Source: Takakia lepidozioides (lineage: Eukaryota; Plantae; Bryophyta). Taken from it: 64,000 nt of DNA. The stretch covers positions 38,936,001-39,000,000 of the forward strand of contig CM060734.1 in the NCBI GenBank assembly GCA_030704615.1. The letters are read 5' to 3'. The position numbers were made by a program, and so were the translations under genes. Within the stretch, counting starts at the first letter, position 1. Each line of letters opens with the position of its first letter. The notes beneath the pieces were generated by a model that saw only the letters and a list, made by a program, of their open reading frames with translations, was not told the DNA's origin and searched no databases. Shown here one piece after another: positions 51,441 to 61,839 of this stretch.

Positions 51441-52350
51441 TATGTGAAAGGAGTGTTCAACACTATGGCTGAACGAGATGTGGTGTCGTGGATTAACGCG
51501 ATGCTTGCAGGGTATGCACAGCAGGAGCGCGGGATAGAGGCTTTGGAGACCTATGAGCAAATGATGGGGGAAGGGGTGAAGCCCGACCACGTCACATTTG
51601 TGTGCGTTTGCAGTGTGTGTGCAAGCCTGGCAGCTCTGGAAAAGGGCAAAGAGGTGCATGGTTGCATCACCAAAGCTGAAATTGTACCAGATGTGATTCT
51701 GAACAATACCCTCGTGGACATGTATGCCAAATGTGGGAGCATTGAGGATGCGGAGGGAGGGTTCAACACTATGGCTGAACGAGATGTGGTGTTTGGAACG
51801 CTATGCTTGCAGGATGTGCACAGCAGGGGCGTGGGATGGAGGCTTTGGAGACCTATGAGCAAATGATGGGGGAAGGGGCATTTGCAGTGCGTGTGGAAGC
51901 CTGGCAGCCCTGGAAAAGGGCAAAGAGGTCCATGGTTGCATCGTCAAATCTGGAATTGTACCAGATGTGATTCTGAACAATACCCTCGTGAACATGTATG
52001 CCAAATGTGGGAGAATTGAGGATAAGGAGGGAGTGTTCAACAATATGGCTGAACGAGATTTGGTGTCATGGAACGCCATGCTTGCAGGATATGCACAGCA
52101 GGGGCGCGGGATGGAGGCCTTGGAGACCTATGAGCAAATGATGGGGGAAGGGGTGAAGCGCAACCACATCACGTTTCTGTGCGTTTGCAATGCTTGTGCA
52201 AGCCTGGCAGCCCTGGAAAAGGGCAAAGAGGTGCACGGTGACATCATCAAAGCTGGAATTGTACAAAATGTCATTCTGGACACTGCCCTGGTGGACATGT
52301 ATGCGAAATGTGGGGTGCACTGAGGATTCAAAGGGAGTATTTGACATGGT
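51441..52350 (+). pseudogene. PLS-PPR repeat fragment (about 3 P-L-S triplets), frameshifted
   Basis: ORFs 51426-51866 and 51967-52323: ERDVVSW.NAMLAGYAQ...ALEKGKEVH...LVDMYAKCG. Confidence 0.85.
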
Positions 52351-53879
52351 GGAGAGCTTGGGATCCTGACAGTGGATGCACTTGCAGAGAAAATTCAACA
52401 AGCTGTTTTCAGTCGGGGTGTTCTGTGAGCAATTAGTACAAGACTGATTAGTGGGCTTGGAAATGCCACAGGTTTCCATTAAATTAATGTTGGATAGGCA
52501 ACAACCGATCAAGCCATGATTACTAGAGAATTATTCACATTTTCTTGCTCCTCATACGCCCAGTCCCGCCTCACTGGGATTTCAGGGCTCGTGTAGTGGT
52601 GGTGTCTAGGCAACAAATTAGGGTGGGCATTTATTTATTGAGTTACGTAGGGTAGCAACTGGGGCATTAAGCGGTGGTGCTGCTTCATTTGTTTTGTAGT
52701 AGGCTAGTTTCATGAGACGATTCTACACATTCTCGCCAGCAAATGCAACGAAATTTGTTGTTCAATGAGGTGTGGGTCTAGTCAGTATGGTCTGTAAATG
52801 AACAAAATTTTGTTAGATGTGAAGAGATCTCTCTTTTTCTCTCGCTCTGAATGAAGACTGTGATTTGGTTGGTGACTCTTTCAACTCTTTTATGATACAC
52901 TGTTGCAGCCCAATGAAGGATAGCATCTCTCTGATGCTGTCTCATGGACTTTGGTTTTTGAGCAGCCATAATTTTCTAACATCTTGGCCAATAAATCTCA
53001 AGCTAGCTGCGATGGAAAGCTCTTAATTTGGCTTTTCAATCAGACCTAGCAGCTGGTCAAAAACAAAAACATAGGACGGTAAGGGAATAAGGAAAAAATA
53101 TCTATCAGATAGAGTTAAACATTTTAACATGTAAGGAGGGTGCCATGCTTTGCAGCTGCAACTTCAAACTCATGAAAAATAGTAGCCAGCGGGATTGAGA
53201 TCCAAGTTTTCTCACTAGCTCCATACTCCATTGACATCTTGATTTCCATATATTCTAAAGTGAAGCAGAGCGAAAGGCATCAAAAGGGCAGGCACAAAAA
53301 TATGTGTCCGGGTTTGATCATAGTTCAAGAGTATGTGAATTGACGAGGTTGCTTCCCTGTTCCTGTTTGCAAGATTTCCTAGATGTGTGGCCACATTTAG
53401 ATGCAATGGAATGGAGTAGAACATGAGGCAGTGTTCTAAGGTTTTAGAGACTGTCCCAATATGCAATTAAGTGTGTCTATGGCCCTCAACGTTGAGAGGT
53501 GGTTTCCTCATAGGATGCGGGTTGAGTGCAGTATGTAATGTGCTCAAGTGAGCACAAATTTGAAAGTTTTGTAATTTTCGAGCGTGAGTACATTTACTAA
53601 TCTCAAATAGATATAAACATCAGCTTAGATGTGATATAAATTTCCAGAATTGCAATTGCAACTTAAGCAACTTCCCTAATGTAATAAACAAAATTATACC
53701 AAGTGTGTCTAATTTTATAGTGGTTTTTTAGTCTAAGTATTTTTTTTTAAATTGGCCATAAAGATTGCAAGACTATGCATTGGTTGGAATCGTTAGACCT
53801 TAAATCATGGTTGGAGAATGAGACATTATTATTATTATTATTAAGAGCTAAAATATGAGGATGGACTCAAAGTGGATTC

Positions 53880-54090
53880 GCGCCAAATGTTTTTCTACTC
53901 AACACCCTTGTCAACATGTATGTTGAGTGCGGGAGCATCATGGATGCTCACCAAGAGTTCAACAGAATGCCTCAACAATCTTTGATCACTTGATAATGTT
54001 GGCAAGATTTACCAAGCATGGGTGTGGTAGGAATGCTTTGGAGACCTATGCGCAAATGCTCCGCGAAGGGGTGAAGCCCAACCACATTTG
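53880..54090 (+). pseudogene. Short degraded PPR (S-P) fragment
   Basis: PNVFLLNTLVNMYVECGSIMDAHQEFNRMP...KHGCGRNALETYAQMLREGVKPN. Confidence 0.65.
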
Positions 54091-54544
54091 TGTAGCATAT
54101 GAAGAAGGATGTGTGTGTGGCTTCGACTCAATACATCATTGAGTCATGTATGCCCGATTTTCTGCCATGTGCACATCCTTCTTTGTGTGCTGCACAATAC
54201 TTCTCCACATTGTCCTTACTGGAAGTCGATGAAATGACAGGATAATTAAACCTCGTTGACCTTGCATGTATCTCTTCACACTCCTTGCAAGTATACAGAA
54301 CTCATACCTTCGATTTTTAGTAAAGAACTCAAAGCATGTCGGCCATACAGGGTTCAATTATGTGTCTTGAAGCCATATAGGACTAAAAGTCGATGAAAGT
54401 ACTGCACGCCTTCCCCTTGATATAAAATTGAGCCTTGTGTGCCCGATATACGTTCAATATTTTATTGAAATCTACGAAATGACAGGATAACTAAACCTCG
54501 GGACTAACATTGTACCATTTTAATCTGTCACTGTGATCAGACCA

Positions 54545-55040
54545 TGTTTGGGGTTTGGTAGGGATCACACGCGGACAAACTTCAATTCAAGTGCACGCGG
54601 GTTTGCAGCGTTGAGGAACGGCTTCTCTGTATACACAGTTGCATTTCATTTCTCAGTGCTACGGCAACTCTACCCAGATGGCATCAAGGTGCTATCGCTA
54701 TTTTTGCGGGATTGCGGGGGGCAGAGATAGCCCTCCACAAATTAGGCATAAAGCTCAAGGTAGTGGTTTCTATGGAGATCATTGGAGGTACCCGTCGTTG
54801 CATTCATGCTTGGTGGGAAGCAAGCAAGCAGGCTGGTGTTCTTGACCAGAGCTATCATGACGTAACCTCATGACGTAACCTCCCTGAGACGAAGAGATTT
54901 ATTCAACCTTGTTAGGAAGTACAATGGGTTCGATTTAATTGTTGGGGGCAGTCCTTGTAATAATCTCTCCGGAAACAGCCACGTCATCCACACCGGGCTG
55001 GAGGGAAAGCACTCCAGTGTTCTTTTCGAGTTCTCATAGG
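54545..55040 (+). pseudogene. DRM: 5'-truncated DRM-type (domains rearranged) cytosine methyltransferase fragment
   Basis: LGFGRDHTR...NGFSVYTVAFHFSVLRQLYPDGIKVLSLF(fs)GIAGAEIALHKLGI...GFDLIVGGSPCNNLSG...GLEGKHSS. The motif X-I-IV order is diagnostic of DRM. Confidence 0.85.
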
Positions 55041-55619
55041 TTGTCTCAACTGTCCATCATATACCTTGTAGGTACTCTTCACACTCCTAATCATTTTGCT
55101 CAACACTGGATTAGGTCCCTGCCACAACATGGCTGACTTGTCTTGCAGAAGACCCTCATGTTTATTTGATCATACAGGCTCTTTCACGAATTACCCTAGA
55201 AAGTTGGGGTGGGGCTATTGCACAAGATTGATGTCTGTTCCATGATCCCCATGCAGAGTGGTAGTGGGTTTCATTGTAAAATTTCCATTGATCCCACCTA
55301 ATGATGTCTATGTTTTAGAACCTTCTCACTTCAAGGCGCAACATTGGAAATGTCTTTAGGCGGGAGCTGCTGCAGGTATTGGAAATGTATTTAGTGTGCG
55401 CCTCGCTAAAGCGTGTTCCGGTGAAGATGTGTCCAGTTAACAACGATAATCTCAGAAATGGTTGTCTAATGCCGCAGATTATTCAATGATGTTGATATTT
55501 CATAGCTAAAAGTGTTCTTCCTTAGGGGAGGTGCAGTAGCAGGTGAATCTATGGTGGTTTGGAGTGATTTCGGCATGTAATCACTGCGTGTTGTGAAAAG
55601 GAATGTTTCTCAGACACCA

Positions 55620-55860
55620 GTCAATGGTGGGACAATAAGGCACAAATTTGAATGCCTGTTGCATTATAGAGAGGAGCAGATAACAAGATGCCATGCAAAG
55701 CTTTGTTGAAAATTTTCATCCTCCCTCTCCCGAGCACATTTTTAAAGTCTCTGGAGCAATTCAACATAGGAACAAGTGTGTGATAAGTAGGGTTGAGGTA
55801 TTTGCTGGAACAAAATGTCTGAACTATCATTGTCAGCTACCAGCAGCAAGGCAAGGATTT
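55620..55860 (+). pseudogene. PDF-gene fragment (SQWWDN exon end plus following intron)
   Basis: CAGTCAATGGTGGGACAATAAGG followed by an intron homologous to 50970-51110 and 9060-9160. Confidence 0.55.
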
Positions 55861-55861
55861 A

Positions 55862-56678
55862 GAGGTTGGGTAGCGCATGAGCATGCTCACGCCGGCACAA
55901 CTGAATTTGCACGAAATACTGTGAAACGAATTTGACGATACTAAAAACTATGCGAAACTAACACATAGTGAACACGTAGCCCCTATACCCGCATGTTACC
56001 CTATAGGCGTGGCGTTTTCTCCATAACAGGCGCGAGAGTGTGCGGTGAGGCTTCAATTGAAATTGTAGGTCCTCGCCCACAGCTAATTTCTCGCCGAAGG
56101 AATATGTACCACACAACCTCATAATTTCGTAGGGCGAAACTCTATACTAACCAGCCTGGCAAGAAATCAACTGTAACAGAAAGTATGAAAATGTCACTAT
56201 TAAAGTCCCCATCACCAAGCCCATATCGCCAAAGTATTTCTCAAATACCAACAGAGTTTCTCAAAGCGAAACCCACTTCTGCATAGTATTTCTCAAATAG
56301 CAGAAAATGTTTCTCACTGCGAAACTCCCCGCTGCATACGTTTGTGTCCATATCACCAAGTCCGTCTCAAATACTATGAAGGGTTTCTCAATGCAAAACC
56401 CACCGCTGCATAGGTTTGTACCCATATCACCAAGACTTTCTCAATGCGAAACTTGTTGTTGCCGCTATAAGTTTAGGGTTTTTGGCTGCACTACTGAAGT
56501 TTTTGCCTCATTGAATTGGTGCAGATGTACCGTATATATGGACCGATCCTCTATACTCGCTTGTGGTTTTTTTTCGTTTTGGAAACATATAACTTCTATG
56601 ACCGAGGTTAAAAAAACATAAAACTCCCATGACCGTGGGTTGTGCTCACGTGAGCACGCTCATGCGATACCAACCCCC
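55862..56678. mobile_element. Non-autonomous TIR element with ~40-bp imperfect TIRs and TTTCTCA/GCGAAAC internal repeats
   Basis: GAGGTTGGGTAGCGCATGAGCATGCTCACG versus the reverse complement GGGGTTGGTATCGCATGAGCGTGCTCACG. No TSD seen. Confidence 0.6.
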
Positions 56679-57739
56679 CAACCAACTCCCCCCACTTGCC
56701 ATCCTGACACTCTTGCTACAATCTAGAAGCTTCGGCGCCCTGCGGGCGCCATGATGCGCCGTGATATTAGACATAACAAGCGGCTAGTTGCGTAATGGCT
56801 CCACCCTAATTACAATACTGGAAAGCTGGCGCTGACTTATTGATTTTATTGATATTTTTGAAAAAATAAATTAAAACATACCATCAGCACTTGATATGAG
56901 GATAACAATTGATTATGATTATGATTCTTTTTTAAATGAGTTTTAGAATCATATGAAAACATTTTGTGTTCACACTTTACACCTTGACAGAAAATAACAA
57001 TAATAAATTAAATGCAAGGTACATATACGAAAAGATAAAATTGAATGCGATGGAATTGGAATTGAATAGAACTGAACGTAATGGAATTCCAAGTGATAAA
57101 ACTCAAAGGAACTGACTGTACTGGAAGGCATTGTGATAAAATTGAGAGAAAGTGAATATGAGAGAGCTGAAGGGATAAATCTGATGAATTTGAGGGGATA
57201 AATCCGAGGGGATAAATTGATAAATTTGCGGGGAGTTGAATATGATGAACTGAATATGAGGACTGAATATGTGGCTATATCTTCACATGCAGCCCAGGCT
57301 CCATCGGCAACTTTGCTCTTACCTTCCATCTATACTCCTGCATCATTGCAAGGAAACACACCATTGGCAAAGTCCATCGGTGAAGACTCTGTTTGCGTCT
57401 CTATCATCCCCTCACAAACAGTTGCAAGGGTTCCTAACAAATAGGCAGAATGAGGAGCTACCCGACAGACATCTCTAAAAACATTCCAATTACACACGAC
57501 CTCGAGTTGTGGGGCTAAGGAAAAAATAGACACCGAAAAAGCTCAAGTCAAGTCAACAAACTAGACTACAAAAGAACAAACTAAGAGTTGTCTGGCCTGC
57601 ATACTGCACTGTAATAGCCAACATTTATGTTCTAAGTTCAAGTACATGCTGTATGTCTAACCCAGGAGCTAGTGGAACGGGGCAAGAAGGAAAATGGAGC
57701 CCTAGGTCAGGAAGTGGGGCAAGCCTTGCCAGGCCAGCA

Positions 57740-58290
57740 GCAGAGTTTAAGGTCAGATGATGGGGTCAGTTGAATCACATGCCTAATACCAGATACCCTA
57801 AGATGATCGAATCTATTTCTTGGAAGCTAAAGTGTCCTGTTCAACAGGTGAAGCCCTGGCAGAAAATGAAGAGGAGATTTTCAAGTACCTGCATATTAGG
57901 CAGGAGGAACTGACAAATTGACCCCGTTAAGATGAAGCTGACTTGGAAGCCGATGTTTGTAAGGCCATGTTGGAATCGTGCAGAATGACTGAACAAAAGT
58001 TAGGCATAAAACCCTGAACTCGTTTCCAGTTTGTGACATGGGTGAGGGAAGGGCAGTCTTTGGTACTACTGATATTTAAGTCCAAAAGTGGGACTTACCT
58101 TCATATAAACAATTAATTCAGGTAACCAGATTTCCTCCAGCAAGCTCTTGACACAAACATCAATCTGCTGTGTGCAAGCTGCCTAGCAATTAGACCCCAG
58201 CAGGACCCAGGCTTTATGTTCAGCCTCAAGATATTGAAATTTGGCGAACAGAGGTGCAGCAACTATGTACCTGATGGTCCTGAAGAACGT
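57740..58290. mobile_element. Old, rearranged fragment of the same LINE family
   Basis: 57740-58045 (+) reads EFKVR.WGQLNHMPNTRYPK. 58090-58290 is the more 3' part in the opposite orientation. Confidence 0.7.
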
Positions 58291-58329
58291 CACTCTCTAG
58301 CTTTTTGGGGGGACAATGGCATGTACGGA

Positions 58330-59400
58330 AAGCCCGTATAGACAACCATCGTTGAGTGCCATTGCTATACTACGAAAATCCACAGAGCTCAAGACACCAA
58401 TAGTTAGGAACTACTGAACTGAAATTTCTTCTATTCACCATTCAGACCTGCCGATATAGTCACACGCATGGAAATGTCAGTGAGTGGCGACCCACATCAA
58501 GCAATTGGCCCTGTACCCCTTGACATTCCCCAGAATGTACATATCAGCTCTCGCTCCATTGACACATTTCCACAAGGCCAGTGAGTGCAATCGTCTCAAC
58601 ATATATGGGACGAGAGAAAGGAGGGAAAGCAGTACAATCAAACAAGGGTTTTCCTATTGTTCTACCCAATAATACAGAAAAACAGCCGTGCCATCTTGGA
58701 CGCCCTACTGTCAAAAGCGGTTTCAGACTGGAGATGGAGAATCATGCCAAGTGGTTTTGCAAGACAGGCAATCCCTCCACATTCTAGAAGAAACTTAACA
58801 AAAAGTTTACCCTGTAAGAGAAACATGTGGCAGGATCAAGTGAGTGGAAAAAGGTACCTACCGTATATGCAGCAACTGCATAAGGATGAAATGTATTTAC
58901 CTCTCGCAGAAGCGCCTCTGGTGCCGGGGGTATTCATCTGAACATCGCTGCTGTTGCCCTTGTTCTTGTTGCAGGGCAACACCTACCACATGATTGACTC
59001 CAACTGTTAATGAGATTGGAAGTTGATGTTCACACAGTGGACTACATATCAACCAGGTCGTAGGAGCACTTAGCATTCTATGAAGACAAGCTGTCTTAAG
59101 CAGAGCCCAAAATGCCCCCCTTCCCACTTTTGGAGCACAGATGCTGGTTTACAAGTAAGACTGATGACTTTGAGGTACCGAAGTTGATCGCTCAAAGTAA
59201 GTCCCACCTACGACTTCCAAATGGCTGGCACCACTAGCTCGATAGGCCACAAGGTCACCCAAAAGTGTAATTGCGACTGAGTCCACCTCATCGTTCTCCA
59301 TTGGGCCCCTACAGCAGGTACTATTCAGTGTTACCATAGTTTGCCAAGCTCTAAAATCTGGCTCTGCCACAAGAGGAGGGTCTGCATGTTGAATAAGAAA
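58330..59400 (-). pseudogene. Degenerate class-3 lipase (diacylglycerol-lipase-like) gene fragments
   Basis: ENDEVDSVAITLLGDLVAYRASGASHLE matches my recollection of a plant class-3 lipase peptide. The remaining pieces are broken by stops. Confidence 0.5.
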
Positions 59401-59559
59401 ATGCTAATCTAGCAGCCGTTTGGCACATTAGATGCAGCACATTTCAGAGCATTTTGGGCAAAGAAATTGACTGATAATCATTCCAATGGTATCACTACAG
59501 ATAGCGTCGCCTTCCCAAGTAGCACAGAGCTGCACGAAGGCTGTAGTAAAAAATCTCAC

Positions 59560-59720
59560 GATAGTCCTGGCTTCTCCGTGTGTATGATATAACGACTCTC
59601 TTGCTCCTTGTTCGGAAGTGGTACACATGGTGGAAGTGCCTAACTTTATCAGCTGTGCTGCTGCTGCTTCCAATTGACCATCTAACGTTGCAGATTTCTT
59701 GTAGCTATTACTCCACACTA
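59560..59720 (-). pseudogene. Relic in which the end of a PDF motif runs in frame into a PPR N-terminal leader
   Basis: WSNSYKKSATLDGQLEAAAAQLIKLGTSTMCTTSEQGARESLYHTHGEARTI, compared with STITTAFECGPREGVNKKLFCTHGDARIL in the 31387 PPR. Confidence 0.65.
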
Positions 59721-60499
59721 CCTCACTCTTGTGCTCGCAATCTGATCGCCTTGGAGCCCCGCAGAGAAGCTCAAAATCGCGCAGAAAGAAACAGCGCACA
59801 ACCATCGGGCTCTCTGCTTTCCTAAACCTAAATTTCTCTTAGCTCTTTCATAAGTGCAGGTTCGGGGTTCAATTCCTGCTATGGCCTGTGTGTATTACAA
59901 TCTATTACAAATGGTTATTTATTGGGGAATTGAAGGTGGTGGTGCATTGCCTTGAGGTTTGGCGCCACTATGTTGGTTCCAACCCGGTGAAGGTGTCGGT
60001 AGGTATTAAGTGGTGAAGGTACATCAGGAGAAAAGCACCTCAACGTGGTCTCTTCCTTAAGGGAGAAGCCAATAAACACCGTCAATCAAGTTAACTTAGC
60101 ATAAATAAGAGCATCTTCCCCTATGGGCACTTCCCCCTTTTTGGAGTGGGCTCTATGGGAGGGGGGGCCTATCTACAAGGCGGTCAACCGACCACTTACA
60201 ATCTTGCGTTTGTTGAATGAGGGCAATTATGAATCTAACGGCTATGAAGTGGAGGGTGTGTAGGAGTTTAGTGGTGTTAGTACGAGATAGTTTTAGGTTT
60301 TGATGTAAAGCATTAATCTTGTGGTTATGAGCGCCCCCCTCGGATCCATGTAGTAATAAGAGTTAGTGGGGCGATGTTCCATCCATGATGGCACTAGATC
60401 AAGGCCTCCTCTTTCAGGATAGAGGTTTAGCTCGGATTGTCTAGGTAATTTGTTTGCCCTATTTGGACTTCTACCCTTTAAGCCCCCTTATATGCTATC

Positions 60500-60880
60500 A
60501 GGGAAAAAAAATTCTTGGCCTTTGGTAAGGTGAATCATGTTCCACCCGTGGACATCTCTCTCTACTCTGGAACTTTCAAGTGGTTCCTGCATGCGCCCCT
60601 GAAAATCGCTCAGTACGACCCAGGGGAATGGGCTTGGATGACCAAGAAGCACAATCCATTTTTCTCCTTCTCTGTCAAAATGGGCTACTCGATCATGAAC
60701 CCCCCTGTCCCAATGTTTGCTAAATGGAACATTAAGTGGCGTCATGTCACACACTTCGACCTGCCATGGAAAGATATTTGGGCTGACATCTTGAGGAAGG
60801 ACAAAGGTGCAAAAATTTGAAACGGATTCCTCTAGAAGCTTGTGAATCACATCCTTCCGGTGTCCTCCTTCATTTCGGAC
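60500..60880 (+). mobile_element. L1-type LINE 3' fragment (region preceding zf-RVT)
   Basis: W.W...FSVKMGY...WKDIW...AKI..FL.KLVNHILPV. Confidence 0.5.
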
Positions 60881-60893
60881 AATTTGAATTTTT

Positions 60894-61579
60894 TGTCGTG
60901 CGCATACATATCGCTACACAACTACATCGCTGTCCAAAACCACACAACACATGTGCACGCCACACACTAGTATACCACTAGTCCAGCCACTAGTCCAACC
61001 ACTGGGCTACAACTAGTCAGTCACTAGGCTGCCACTATGCTGCCCACTATGGCAGTCACTAGTCCACACAATGATAAAGAAGAAGAATACAAGCACAAGC
61101 TCATGCGAGCTCACAAAGCTGAAGCTTAAACTCATGCATATATAAACTCATCACTCAAATACAAGTCAAGCCAAGTGCACCCCACGCCATGGGAAATCCA
61201 CACTATGGCGCCATAGCTAGGCGCAGTGAGGCTCAACTCGAGAAAGATGAGCCTCCCGCGCTTGCCGTGAAGATAACCACTCCGGGGCCTAAATCTGCCT
61301 TGACCCCTAGATTGACACTTGGGCCAATCCCAAATGTCAATATGTAAAAGCTAGCTATTTCCTAGCTAGTTTCACACTAGTGGTAAAATAACTTGACAGT
61401 TGTCGTGCGCATACATATCGCTACACAACTACATCGTTGTCCAAAACCACACAACACATGTGTACGCCACACACTAGTATACCACTAGTCCAGCCACTAG
61501 TCCAACCACTAGGCTACAACTAGTCAGTCACTAGGCTGCCACTATGTTGCCCACTATGGCAGTCACTAGTCCACACAAT
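60894..61579 (-). repeat. Complete LTR (60894-61398, TG...CA) abutting a second partial LTR (61401-61579)
   Basis: 60894-61072 and 61401-61579 are 179-bp direct repeats with 4 transition differences. The junction reads TTGACA-GT-TGTCGT. Confidence 0.75.
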
Positions 61580-61839
61580 CGCCTTCCTAGCTGGTGCTTA
61601 GGTCCCTCTAAGTCCAGGTAGCCACAAGATGTTACAGTGACCATAGCCTCACTAAGTCCTCCACCACTGTCCCTACTACACTCAAACTCGATAGATCAAG
61701 AGGTCGGGTGCAAAAGTTGCCCCATCGTTAGTCGCCGTCTTGCAACCTGTGAACTTGAGCCTTGGATTTCGTGTATTGACTCCTATGAGCTTGGCCTCCC
61801 ATGTCTTGTTAGCTGCCTCTAGTCATGTCCAATGCCACT

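Noticed and set aside
52700-53300. Exon-like pieces (also at 25570-25840, 43100-43300 and 49700-49950)
   Set aside because: They look like gene debris, but I cannot assign a family from the sequence alone.
57740-58290. Twin-priming inversion of a LINE
   Set aside because: The 3' part, not the 5' part, is inverted and the tail is missing. A later genomic rearrangement is more likely.
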